A stretch of 63,961 nt of DNA, counting the filler, from Octopus bimaculoides (taxonomy: Eukaryota), in NCBI RefSeq assembly GCF_001194135.2. It is 4 parts of 4 records of this genome, joined end to end, with 100 filler letters (N's around TTAATTAATTAA, not from the genome) between each part and the next. Parts side by side here need not be neighbours in the genome. Positions count along the whole stretch, not along the records: positions 19,081 to 44,276 come from NC_068992.1; positions 44,377 to 60,112 come from NC_068985.1; 2 more parts are not named here. The stretch is one strand, 5' to 3'. The notes below the pieces were generated by a model. That model had not been told where the DNA came from, made no database searches, and worked only from the letters and a program-made list of their open reading frames with translations. The position numbers were made by a program, and so were the translations under genes. Numbering within the stretch: position 1 is the stretch's first letter; every line of letters begins with the position of its first letter. Of the stretch, positions 38,820 through 51,488 are shown piece by piece.

Positions 38820-39130
38820 TGGCACTTCGTCGGTTACGACGACGAGTATTCCACTTTATACGATCAATAAAACAGCCTGCTCGTGAAATTAACGTGGCTG
38901 AGCACTCCACAGACACGCGTACCCTTAACATTGTTCTCAGAGGGATTCAGAGCGACACAGAATGGGACAAGCCTAGTTCTTTAAATTACATGTAGAACTC
39001 ATTTTTGCCAGCTGAGTGACCGGAGCAACGTGAAATAAAGTGTCTTGCTCAAGGACACAACACGTCGCCAGAAATCGAACTCACGACCTTATAATTATGA
39101 GCCCAATACACTAAGCCACTCGCCTTCACA
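38820..39130 (-). mobile_element. tRNA-derived SINE family C2 (different head, family C tail); plus-strand copy at ~60312-60615, tail piece at ~48600-48760
   Basis: Head GTGAAGGCGAGTGGCTTAGTG...GTGTCCTTGAGCAAGACACTTTATTTCACG joined to the tail CTCGTGAAATTAACGTG...CACTCCACAGACAC. Confidence 0.8.
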
Positions 39131-40754
39131 CACACACATTCACATGTATCTCTATATATATATATATATTATGTAATAAATTTTTACATAATATTCACAC
39201 ACACCCATGAGTACATGTATTTAATCATTTTAATTTACAGAATTTAAAAAACTGTCTTATGTCATCTGCACGTCATCAATAAAAGGGCAGATTTTCATCC
39301 ACTATATTTGCATTAGTAGTTCACCATAGCGATTATATCGCCTTTTATATTAAAGTTTTCTAAAAGACCCTATTACTTTCTCCCTTGATCGATACCTGAG
39401 AAGGAAAATTGCTTTGATCCAGTCAATTCTCAATAAACAAGCAAGAAAAATAATTAGTCATCAAAGTTATAGCTTCTATAATTGAAAGCCTACGTAGTGT
39501 TTCAGCTATTATCTCGAATCAATTTCTGACAAAATTTCCTTCGACATCCTCACGCCAACTCTTGTTTATTTTTATTGATTCTTACATTCAAACATACTGC
39601 AGCTCAATATCAGTTGTTTTGCAATTAAAATGCAGATCAATAACGTTGAATAGAAGAAAAAAGTGATCGCTTATGATTTAGATAAATGCTATTATTATAG
39701 TTATTATATAAGACGCCAGAGGAGTTGAAATAGCCGAGTGGATAAGGTGTACGCTAATCGTTTAATGTTTAATGTTTCCTCACTTCAGTAATAACACTTT
39801 GAAAATCGGCTTTAACACTTTGCAATTCTCATTAACTTCAATCGTACTCTCTCTGTCTCTCTCTCTCTCCACCCTTCTCTCTATCTTTCTCTCTCTCCCT
39901 CTCTATCTCCCTCTCTCTTTCTCTCTCTTTCTCTCTTAATCTTCCTCTGAATTACAAACGCTGCATTGTAGCTCTCACTGTCAGTAAATTCAGAGAACTA
40001 GTCATTGACCAGTAGGATGCCTTTCATCATGGACAATGTTGTTCACCCCGCTATGACGAATAGAGTCTCTATTAATTAGATAACAATTAATTACATAATA
40101 TACCACACAGCATATGAATTAATACATTTTGTGTATGTAAACATATTTATTACTGCTGTGAGGATTACAAGCTAATGAAAGAACATGAACATCAACTAAA
40201 ATATCGATTTTAATTTTTTGTAAAACTAGTCTGCAAAACTTAATACGCCTCATACACAAAATTGATTAAATTACCAGACTGATTTCTCATTGAGACACAA
40301 AGTCATACATTCATTTTATAAGAGAGATTAATAGATATATGTGAAGAATGTCCCAGACTTTCTCTAAAGTATCACTGGCTTCGACCAAATATCAAAACTG
40401 GGTTGCAGAATCAACTTTCCATGAGATAACGTGGGTAGGGTTATAAATTTCTTTTGACCACATAAATTGATATGTAGTTTATTCGATAGGAGGGGATGAT
40501 GCGGTGTCCGCTTTCTGAATCGTACAGCTAGTTTCCAAACAGGAACAGAAAACACATAGTAAACATCGATTCTATACACGCTTTCTTTTTGTTCTCGCCA
40601 CCTGACAGTTACAATGATTAACAAAGGCACATCATGTTTTCCAGGAACTATAAAGTGTGGGCAGTTAATCCCTTAACCCTATCTGATGGATGACTGGAAC
40701 ATGCCATCCATAAAACCGGGTTAATATAAGCAAAAGCACGGCCTACAGAGACTG

Positions 40755-41150
40755 GTTGTTGTTGTTGTTGTTGGCACTCCGTCGCTTACGACGACGAGGG
40801 TTCCGGTTGATCCGATCAACGGAACAGCCTGCTCGTGAAATTAACGTGCAAGTGGCTGAGTACTCCACAGACACGTATACCCTTAACGTAGTTCTCGGGG
40901 ATATTCAGCGTGACACAGTGTAACAAGGCTGGCCCTTTGAATTACAGGCACAACAGAAACAGGAAGTAAGAGTGAGAGGAATTTGTGGTGAAAGAGTACA
41001 GCACGGTTCGCCACCATCCCCTGTCGGAGCCTCGTGGAGCTTTGGATGTTTTCGCTCAATAAACACTCACAACGCCCGGTCTGGGAATCGAAACTACGAT
41101 CCTATGACCGCGAGTCCGCTGCCCTAACCACTGGGCCATCGCGCCTCCAC
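40755..41150 (-). mobile_element. Full-length, young SINE family C with (AAC)n tail; tail piece also at 53215-53394
   Basis: Reverse complement GTGGAGGCGCGATGGCCCAGTGGTTAGGGCAGCGGACTCGCGG...AGTTTCGATTCCCAG, ending GGAGTGCCAACAACAAC. CpG-rich. Confidence 0.92.
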
Positions 41151-43322
41151 ACAGCGACTGGAAACACAAACGAAATTAATTAAAACTTCTCTCTTAAGAT
41201 ACCTGCCACTGTTTTTTCTTGTTATTGTTGTTTATTTTTTTTTTCTGCTAATGCTTCTGCTGCTACAGCTTTTATTTAAACACACATATACTTCTGCTCA
41301 CTAAACGGCTTGAATTCAATGCTGCACATCAGTGAAACATTTGCATCTAATCCCTATAGTAAAGAATTAACCTGTGATATATATCTTAGTTTCAAAACTA
41401 GGATTAAGGTTGTTAAACATTTTGTTCTCTTCATAACATTTTAAGTAACTCTCAAAGACACACAGTACTAAATAGTTTAGGCAGTTAGATGTCTCCCAAC
41501 CAACTCCTTCTGTTACAGACTTATAGTACAAAAGAAACCACCACTTGGACAACTATGCGAGCTGCGTTTCTAACAGTTGTCATCTTCATTATTAATTATT
41601 GCTGAGCTACTTGATTAGCCCCAGTTGAACATATCTATCGTAAAAAAAATATCTATCATAAAAACATATCTATCGTAAAAACGGTATTCAAGCTGTGACT
41701 TTTACGTTGATTTTTACAATGTATCTAGAAGCATATTACCCACTGTGTTCTTCCTACATTTATACCTTAGATTGGTTGTTATTTCGTGCAGAGCGAGTGA
41801 ACACGAAGTTCACTTCCCATTTTGATTTTATAAAGCGGGCTCTTGTTGTAATTGGACTTTTGATTTAAAATACATGGATATAGTCTTCATTATAATGAAG
41901 AAAGGGAACTTTGTTAAGAGGATTGTCTAGTAGCATTATAGAATAGACCGACAGCATTGAAGTTCTGTCCTTGTCTAGTTCACTCTGTTATAGGAATACT
42001 TGATTCACTCCATGACGTATCGTGAAATCAAAGATTACAAACAAAACGTTTGATACACAAATCAACCAATTAGAAGTGTATCAGAACAGAGTTTCGTCAA
42101 TATATCACAAACGTGACTTTTTCCAATAATTTTCCATTGTTTCTTTGTTTTTGACGTTTTTCTTTTGTTTCTCGTTGTTGCTGGTGGTTTTTTATTCTCT
42201 GTGTTTATTTTTATTGAAGAAAGCATTGACATCCGAATCAATAGAAAAGCGAACTGCAAGCCAAACAATCGCGAATGTAGTAGAAAATGCCTAACGGTAT
42301 TTAGTTACAGCCCTGAACGTTCTGAGTTCACATTCTGCTGTAGTTAACTTAAGCCTTTAATCCTTGAGGTGTCAATAAATTACAGCTCCAGTCAAGTACT
42401 AGACTCGATGTAATATTCCTACTTAAAACACCCTGGACGGGAGTAGAATTGTACTTGAAGATGAGAAAACCTACTTTACATTGATTCCATAACCAAGATA
42501 TATTAACTCTTTACGTGGCATAACCCATTTAGCGGTGAATAAACAGTTCAATATAAATATCTCTAATGATCAGTATTGATTTCAATTTTTGTGTGAGTAA
42601 ATCGAAGTAGGATTAGTCTCTACCATGCTGGCTTGCCTCTCAATGCACAACATAAATCAGGATATTTTCTGTGGTAACCCTGACTACACAATGGCTAATT
42701 CGACTTCAACAAAGAGACTACTTTTGAAATTATTTGATTTCCGACTGAAATCATTTAAATTTAATTACACAACTTGAATTTACAAAATGCATGAAAGTCA
42801 AGACACAATTCTTTCTCTTCTTAAACTACACAGCTTTTATGCCTCGTCAAAAGAAAGCAAGGACTTCTTGAACAATTTTCTTCGACTTGTTGTTGTTGGT
42901 GTTAAATTTGCAAGTTTGCTGAAGATGCAATTTTAAATAAAGCTGAAAAGATGATAACAAAGTGGAAGGCTAAATATCTTGTTTTTTTTTCCTTCTAATT
43001 TTTATTTTTTGTTTTGTTTCAATTCTTTTTTCCTCTGCTAATTATTCCGGATAATTGATACCTTTCTTTGTTTGTTTCGCTTATTTTTTTGTTTTCTTTT
43101 TTTTTTTTCTTATCGTAATCTAGAGGGGAAAATCTTCATCTAAATAGGTTCTTTGTACACTGATTTATGTCGACATTCTTCACTTCCACAATCTCCCTTT
43201 CTAAACAATATTTACAAATTTCTTTCGACAGGCTTTCCCTAAAAGATTAATGAATATCCTCTCCCCATCTCACTCTCGCTTACTCCTTCTCTTCGTTATA
43301 TATGTGTGGGTGCACATATATG

Positions 43323-43379
<57 letters not shown>

Positions 43380-43520
43380 ATATATATGTGTGTGTGTATG
43401 TGTATACATGTATGTATACATGTATGTATGGTTATATTTGTATATAAGTATATATATATAAGTGTGTGTATGTGTATGTATGTGTATATATATATGTATA
43501 TGAGTGTGTGTATATATGCA

Positions 43521-43565
<45 letters not shown>

Positions 43566-44240
43566 TGTGTATATATATGCATATATAAGAATATGTATGT
43601 ATGCATGTATGTGTCCCTCGAAAACAAACACAAAAATAACATTGAAACAAACAATAGAAAATTACTTCAAACACGTAAGGCTCTAATTGATTGCGTTATT
43701 TATTTCAAAAGTTTTAAAATAAACAAGTTCTATAGTTCACAGATGATTCCCTCCTTCCCTCCCTTCCCCACCTTCATCAACTGACTCTCGCAATTTGACA
43801 ATCAGATTCCGTTCTAGAATATTCTTCCTTGAAATTGATTCTCACGTTGCTACATATTCATAGTATTTAATCAAGCTACAAGTGAAAAGAAAAGAAAGAA
43901 CAAACAAACAAGCAATCAAACCAAATAGACAAGAAATATCAATTAATTAATAATTTGTTTATATAAGCATGTAGCATTTGAGAGGTTCGAAAGCTAAATT
44001 AGAAGTTGTAAATTTTCTGCCTGTGGAAGGAAAAGTGAGGTGAAGGCGAAGAGTGGAGGTGGGGGATAGTATTTGTGAATACAAAAGATTACTGGCTGTA
44101 ATCAAGAGCCCTAATGCAGAAAAACAATTCACATGGAAATTACTATAACGCGAACATGGTGAGTGCACAGAAACAACATACGCACCATGTACTTTTATGC
44201 ACGCGCGTGTGTTTATCTGTGAGTATGTTTGTATTCGTAC

Positions 44241-44276
<36 letters not shown>

Positions 44277-44376
44277 NNNNNNNNNNNNNNNNNNNNNNNN
44301 NNNNNNNNNNNNNNNNNNNNTTAATTAATTAANNNNNNNNNNNNNNNNNNNNNNNNNNNNNNNNNNNNNNNNNNNN

Positions 44377-44973
44377 CACCAGCCGAATGTACGTGTAGAG
44401 ACAGCCAAAGGAAGCATTTGACCCAGGCTCCTTCTTCCAACTGTTAAACATGGAAGAGGATCTGTGATGATCTGGGGGCTATATCTTGGAAATCCACCGA
44501 CCCAATGGTTTCCCTTCATAGCAGGGTTAATAGTCAAGACTATTTAAGTATTTTATCTGATCAAATTCATCCTATGGTTGCGGACTGTTTCCGGAGGGAA
44601 ACGCAATCTTTCAGGATGATAATGCGCCAATTCACACAACTAAAGTTGTTACTGAATGGCATGAGGAACACTCAAGTGAAGTTTAACATCATATCTGCCC
44701 ACCACAGTCCCCAGATCTCAATATTATTGAACATTTATGGTGCATTTTAGAAAAACAAGTAAGGAGTCGATATCCTCTACCATCTTCACTACAAGAACTG
44801 GAGACTGTTTTAGCTGAATAATAGACAAAAATTCCTTAGGAAACAATTCTAACATTGTACGAGTCCATACCTTGTAGAATTCAAGCTGTAATAACTGCCA
44901 AAGGCGGTCCTACCCCATATTAAAATAAATTTGTTTGAAATTTTAAGGTGTTTCTATTATTTTGTACAACCCT

Positions 44974-44975
<2 letters not shown>
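44377..44975 (+). mobile_element. Tc1-type (DD34E) transposon 3' half, pseudogenised
   Basis: PTVKHGRGSVMIWG...QDDNAPIH...PPQSPDLNIIEHLWCILEKQV...AKGGPTPY*, then a TIR-like end TTTTGTACAACCC. Confidence 0.9.
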
Positions 44976-45008
<33 letters not shown>

Positions 45009-45943
45009 GTCTGTCTGTCTGTCTGTCTGTATATATGTTTATATGTATGTGTGAGTGTGTGCGTGAGTGCGTGTGAGTGTATGTATATATGTGTGTGTGT
45101 GTTTCTGTGTGCGTGTGTGTGTTGTTGGGTTGCAATATTTTCCTAACAACTGTAGCTAACTTTCATGTTATGCATATTAGACTGCACATGATTCGTAGTT
45201 ATCGCTTCTCGAGAAACTGAAAATGAGAGAAAAAAAAGGGTGGGGAAATGAGCAAGGAAGTGAAAGATATAAACGAGAGATAGATAAATAGATAGATAGA
45301 TAGACGCATATAAAGAGAAAGGGAAAGAGAGAGAGAGAGATAGAGAGTAGAGAAGTGGGGAGGGATGAGAAGCAATAAAAATGAAGCAAGGATGATTTTG
45401 AAGTAGTACTAAGAGTGTGAAAGTTAGCGCGTGGTTTCGGCTGTCAATTTTTTAAAGAGAAAACAAAACTTTCACATGATTTATGAACTAAAATTAAGAC
45501 TTTTATAGCATTTCGTTAATTGACTTATATAGTTGTTTGTTTGTTTTGTGACATTTCATATATTAAAGCAACACTACCGACAACGTCGTAAACACTATAA
45601 GAATATAGTTATACGTAAAAAGCAAATCATACACATATAGAATATACAGACGCAGTACGCAATAAGGTGCGGCTTCCCATACAAGTATATACATAAATGC
45701 ATGGAGTTTTCTGTATGTATCTATATAGCAGTTACTATTAACCTACCTATCTACCTATCTCTCTCTCTATCTATCTATCTATCTATCTGCTTGCCTGTCT
45801 ACACACCTCCATATGTATGTATGCATTTAGGTATATATATGTGTATATGTTTGTCGATAGTTAATCTTTAGCTATCCACACCATCCCACTCTCTCTATAT
45901 ATTATATATACATATGTCCATCCATCTATCGATTCATCCATCC

Positions 45944-45989
<46 letters not shown>

Positions 45990-47296
45990 GTATACACGGA
46001 CACACACACCCATGCACGCACGCACACACACATATACGCACGAACGCACGCGCATACACACATGATAGAGGGATACATACATATAGATTTATAAATATAA
46101 AGATATACCATCCTGTGTATCAGACTCAATGCATATATACTGGGAAAGAGAGGCTAACCGCAGCATACGTCCAGCAGCGGCGATGAGAATACTGAGCGTA
46201 GGTTTCTGCCTTGATCGGCTTTGTCGATAGCATATAACCACTATCAGCGGCATACTAAGACAAGATCCGTTGCAATTGATAAGCAAGCAGTGATTGAAAA
46301 ATCACTGACGTTGCGATTAACTACCAGCCTAAGTTAAAATTAGTTATACAGAACGGAATCGTTATAAGATTAAAATAGCTATATGTCTATTATACGTAAT
46401 GCAGATACATCGTGACTGGTAAATTAACAGCTGTTTTCGCCCGGAGATAATATTCCTTATGGATGCGCCGTGTTCGAAAATACAAAACTATATCAGTATC
46501 GGACGCATATTGTCCAGCCACGGTAGAGAGAATGCTTGATGTACATTTCTATCATGTTGGGATTTGCCAGCAGCATGTTCCCACTCCCATTAGGATACTA
46601 AAGCAAAATCCATCACCACTGACGTTGGAAAACAATGATTGAAAAATTACTTCTGTTACTATTAACCACTCAGATTGATTCGACGTTGGTAATGTCACCG
46701 GACAATTCCTCGCCAAGTTAGTTCATCGCCAAGCCAATTCCTCACCTGGTCGAATCACCCCCAGGTCAATTGTTCGTCTGTAAATCCGTGGCTCGATCGT
46801 CAATTCATTGTCTGCAGTATTCGAATCAGAATGTCTTCGGAATATTTCATTCTGTCATTCATGTTTTAGTTGAAATGTTTGTTTTGGCGTCAGTTCAAAG
46901 TGATTGCGTGTAAAAGGTAATTACATCATAACTCAAGGAGTCAAATAGCTGTCTAATCATTGCAGCTATGGGGTTTTCAGATTGTTTTGAACTGGGTTTT
47001 GCTTCATATGTAGCTTAAATAAATGAAAATGTAAGTTCTGGAGATATTGGAATGATAACATGAGAATAACTCATATATCAAAACTCATTTAATTCCGTTA
47101 TGACTTGTGAAACTAATGTCAAATTGCAAAAATGTATGCAGGGTGAAGCTAGCCAACAGAAGTTGTGGTAACATCATGGCTACATTCCGATTCTGATGGT
47201 TCTCAGCTGACTGAACCTCTTGAGCCTGACCATTCTTGAAACACGCCAATCCTCTGTGATGCTACTGTGTTTTCTGCACCAAAGTCATCAGTTTAT

Positions 47297-47503
47297 TACT
47301 TTACTTGTTGCAGTCATCTTGACTGCTGCCATGCTGGAGTACCGCCTTTTTAGTCGAAGAAATCGATTCCAAGATTTATTCTTTGTAAACCTGGTACTTA
47401 TTCTATCAGTCTCTTTTGCTGAACCGCTGTTACGGGAACGTAACAGCAACATCGGTTGTCAAGCGATGGCAAGACGACAAACACAGATACACACACGCAA
47501 ATA

Positions 47504-47582
<79 letters not shown>

Positions 47583-47741
47583 CGACGGGCTTCTTTCAGT
47601 TTCCGTCTACCAAATCCACTCACAAGGCTTTGGTCGGTCCGAGGCTATAGCAGAAGACACTTGCCCAAGGTGCCACGCAGTGGGATTGAAAAGGGAACTA
47701 TATGGTTGGGAAGCAAGCTTCTTACCACACAGCCACTCCTG
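47297..47741 (-). mobile_element. Full-length SINE family B
   Basis: Tail GACTGCTGCCATGCTGGAGTACCGCC, internal (CA)n and head CTTACCACACAGCCACTCCTGC. Other copies at 53674-53995 (-), 58925-59310 (+) and 62510-62620 (-, tail only). Confidence 0.9.
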
Positions 47742-48069
47742 CTTCGATGATTACTGCAGGAACTATCGCTGTTCATTAGAAATAACCGAACCAAACTTGT
47801 CTACATAGCATTGGATGGCCGTTGATTTAATGAGTTCATTCACTCATTGACAGGTTTTGTCTTTCATCCTGCTGAATGATCAATCACACTCTTCACTAAG
47901 CAAGCTTAATGGGGTTGCCAGTTTAGTCGCCGACGACCTGACCATACAGACAGCAGATTATACTAGATTACATCTCACCAGTAAGGTGCTAACCTGTAAT
48001 CCAGTAAAACCTATATGCATGCATGTATGAATGTATGCATGTATGTATGTATGTCATGCTTGACCGCTA

Positions 48070-48235
48070 AATCTACAAGTTTTTTAATTCTCTCTCTGCT
48101 TATTTTCTCTTATTCCTTTCTGCTGAAGAGCGTAGGCTCGAAACGTAAAATACATGTTTCCTGAGCGTCAAACTAATACGCCGGCTTGTTTTTCATACAC
48201 CTGACTTGATCTTTTGTTTTTCTGTAAATTTCAAC
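48070..48235 (+). mobile_element. Penelope-type terminal repeat remnant
   Basis: CTTTCTGCTGAAGAGCGTAGGCTCGAAACGTAAAA... homologous to the reverse complement of 16562-16745. Confidence 0.65.
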
Positions 48236-48264
48236 TATGTATGTATGCATGCATGCATGTATGT

Positions 48265-48515
48265 ATTGCATAGCGTATGAAATAAGGATTTGCTTTCTCT
48301 CTCTAAGATTCCAAGTTCAGCCATACTTTGCTCCAGACAGGCTGGTATGTATCGTGTTGCCCCAATAATAATAGGTATGAAGCTGAAAGTGTATCTTGGG
48401 TACTGGATTTGCAAAAGCTCCTTATCAATGGGACAGAGATTCGTGTCCAGGGGCAGTTCATTTCCACAAAAGAACATTTTGTCTTTGTGGTCCTACACGA
48501 CAATATCTGGCCGGT
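48265..48515 (-). mobile_element. RLE-type non-LTR retrotransposon remnant (NeSL/R2-like), embedded in (CATA)n
   Basis: PDIVV*DHKDK / CSFVEMNCPLDTN...LLQIQYPRYTFSFIPIIIGATRYIP..L...LG, a PD..D/E endonuclease with the P(I/V)IIGA motif. Confidence 0.7.
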
Positions 48516-49098
48516 TGCTTATGTATGTATGTATGTATTTATGTATGTGTGTATGTATGTATGTGTGTATTAATGTGTAAGCTTGTGTATGCGTTATGGG
48601 TTTCCGTCATTCGACGATGAAGAAGCGGTTGTTAGATCAACTAAATAATCATGTAAGTGGCTGAATACTCACACGGACACGTGTATCCTTAACATAATTC
48701 ACGGATAGGTTTAGCGTGGCACACTGTGTGATAATGCTGTACTTTTTGCAATTCCATGTTGAATATTACAATATGAGGGAGACTGAGGGAAACTCGAGGC
48801 TGTTCTGTCGAGGAACATGCATAAAGTTTCTCCTTTAGTTCGTCATGCATTGAGTTTTCTTTTCTCTTTTTGGCTATAAGTAGGGAATACGAGACATAAA
48901 CCGTTTTAAGGAGAAATCAAGTGTTTGTCTTGCGCCTTAATTCTTGGCACCGAAATAAAGTAAAAAAGGAAAATTACGATTGAGTGGATTAGTAAAATTT
49001 CGTTAGAATATGCAGACATACATAATACACACACACACACATATATATGTATATATATATATATGCATACGCACATGCATATATATGCATATATATGC

Positions 49099-49182
<84 letters not shown>

Positions 49183-49454
49183 AAGTATGTATATTTATAT
49201 GTGTGAGTGTGCTTTTTTATGAAATAAATAGTTTCTGGCGAGTCACCAAAAAATTAATTGATTTGAAGAAATAAAAAAATAAAATAAAAGTACAATACAA
49301 AAAAAAAAAATTAATATCGAATATTTATATGGGTTTAAACTGGCAACTCAGCCAAATATCCGTGCATATCACACTCAAGAAACGTACACACACACACATA
49401 CCATCACATACCCACATACATATACTTATACGTGCACACATCCATACATACACG

Positions 49455-49492
<38 letters not shown>

Positions 49493-51449
49493 TACCTATA
49501 CATACACACACATATACATTTACGTAGATACAAGCTGTATGATGTATATTAATTAAACTCTGCATTTAGTTATTTTTTCTACAAGTGAGTCATAAATGTT
49601 TCAAAGAAAAATCAACATCTACTCATATATTGATGTGTGTGTGTTTGTATGTGTGAGTGCGCGTGTGTGCGCGCAAGCGCGCGTGTGCATAAATGTATAT
49701 ATACATACATTTATATATATATATGTATATATATATATGCATATATACATGTCTATATATATATATATATATAAATATATATATATATATGCATATATAC
49801 GTGTCTATATATATATGTATGTATATTTGTATTTATACACATATAGGAATATGTATGTATACGTATGTACATAAGTTAGTGCAAAGATTGCAAATATACA
49901 TATATGCATATATATATATATATATACACATATACATACACGCTTACACACACACACACACACGCACTAACACACACATAAGCACAGCCACAACACACAT
50001 CCACACGCTCACTCATAATATGTATACACAAGCATCCTCATTTATTAACAAGCTATGACCATTGCTTTAACGATGCACCTTTTCTGCTTTCTTGCAACTA
50101 CTACTATAAGAGTATACGTTTCTCTAATCTAAAAAGTGTCCCCTTGAAAAACCGAACATCCATGCACTTACTCAGTTTATTTATCCTTACTGTATCGCAG
50201 TCCTCTCGTCTGGCATTCGGCACGAGCATCTCCCGCAACTATCTATATTATGATGAACTTACTTTCAAAACCAGATATATGCATCAGAATGACTTTTGAG
50301 TAATTGTTTAAAACTACCACCCGAATATATCTGATTTTGACTGGAAGACTATGATTCGCCTGCTGTCTATATGGCATCTATCCCAGTTTGACTAAAAAAT
50401 TTTCACGTGCGTGAAGCCATAAACTTGCATATTGTGTTTTAATGGTTATCATGAAATCGACCAAATATGCACTTATGCCGGTTTTGAAATTAAGCTCCTC
50501 ATTTAACTCCACTCCTATATATGGCAGATTCGTAGGTCATGGGAAGAATAGACTTAACCCATCATCATCTGGTTCTTGGATGGTTTTTATCAGTGTCCAT
50601 ACTATTGAAGTATTTAGAACTAGTGCTTAAAGCTAAGTCATCAGTTGTGGTCTCCTTTCTCTTTCTCTTAACTGTAAATATGTAATATTTATTAATGTCA
50701 TCGTCCTTACAACAATGGTGTTTCTGGAAACAATAAAACCTTGATATCTGAAAGTAAATTTAAAACATAATGAGAGAAGACAAAAAGCATGAAAAACGTG
50801 TTGTTATGTTTTAACCCCAAATCGGCTCTGATCACGCAGACCTATGAAAATACATTCCAGCTATAATTACTTTGTATTATTTTCAGACGAAGTATCCACA
50901 ACTACATTATACAATATACTGGTCTGTATAACATTTGAGTTAACAAACATGGAACTGATGATGCGCAAACACGCAGAAATCCTGGTTTCAACAATCCCAC
51001 CCCTGCTGCTGGGCGCTTTCTGTTTGCTGCTTATATATTTTTGTGCATTTTAGCCCTTTTTCCCTACATGATATACTTTGTTAAGACGAATATTGCATTG
51101 TTATGGCTTTCTTGCAGTGTATCGAGTTAAGTAAAATATACAGATTGCTATCAAAGAGACTTTACTTTCATATAGAAAGGGCTTCACTCAGAACAGCGAT
51201 AGGGGCTTCTGACGATCCACTGGCATGCTGAGTGGAGCTCTGTGTTTTCTATTATATATATATACAAGCATCTAAGAGATATTACCCAGACAAAATATTA
51301 CAGCTAGTGCCGTTCCACATTTGTACATACGTTACATTACACTACACGCCGGTATTTTAATTAAGGCTTGCTTCGATTACATATATTAATTTAAACATTA
51401 TACAGGGTGAGCAAAAAGCCACGCACGAAGACGGTTGGCATTTTATTTA

Positions 51450-51451
51450 TG

Positions 51452-51488
<37 letters not shown>

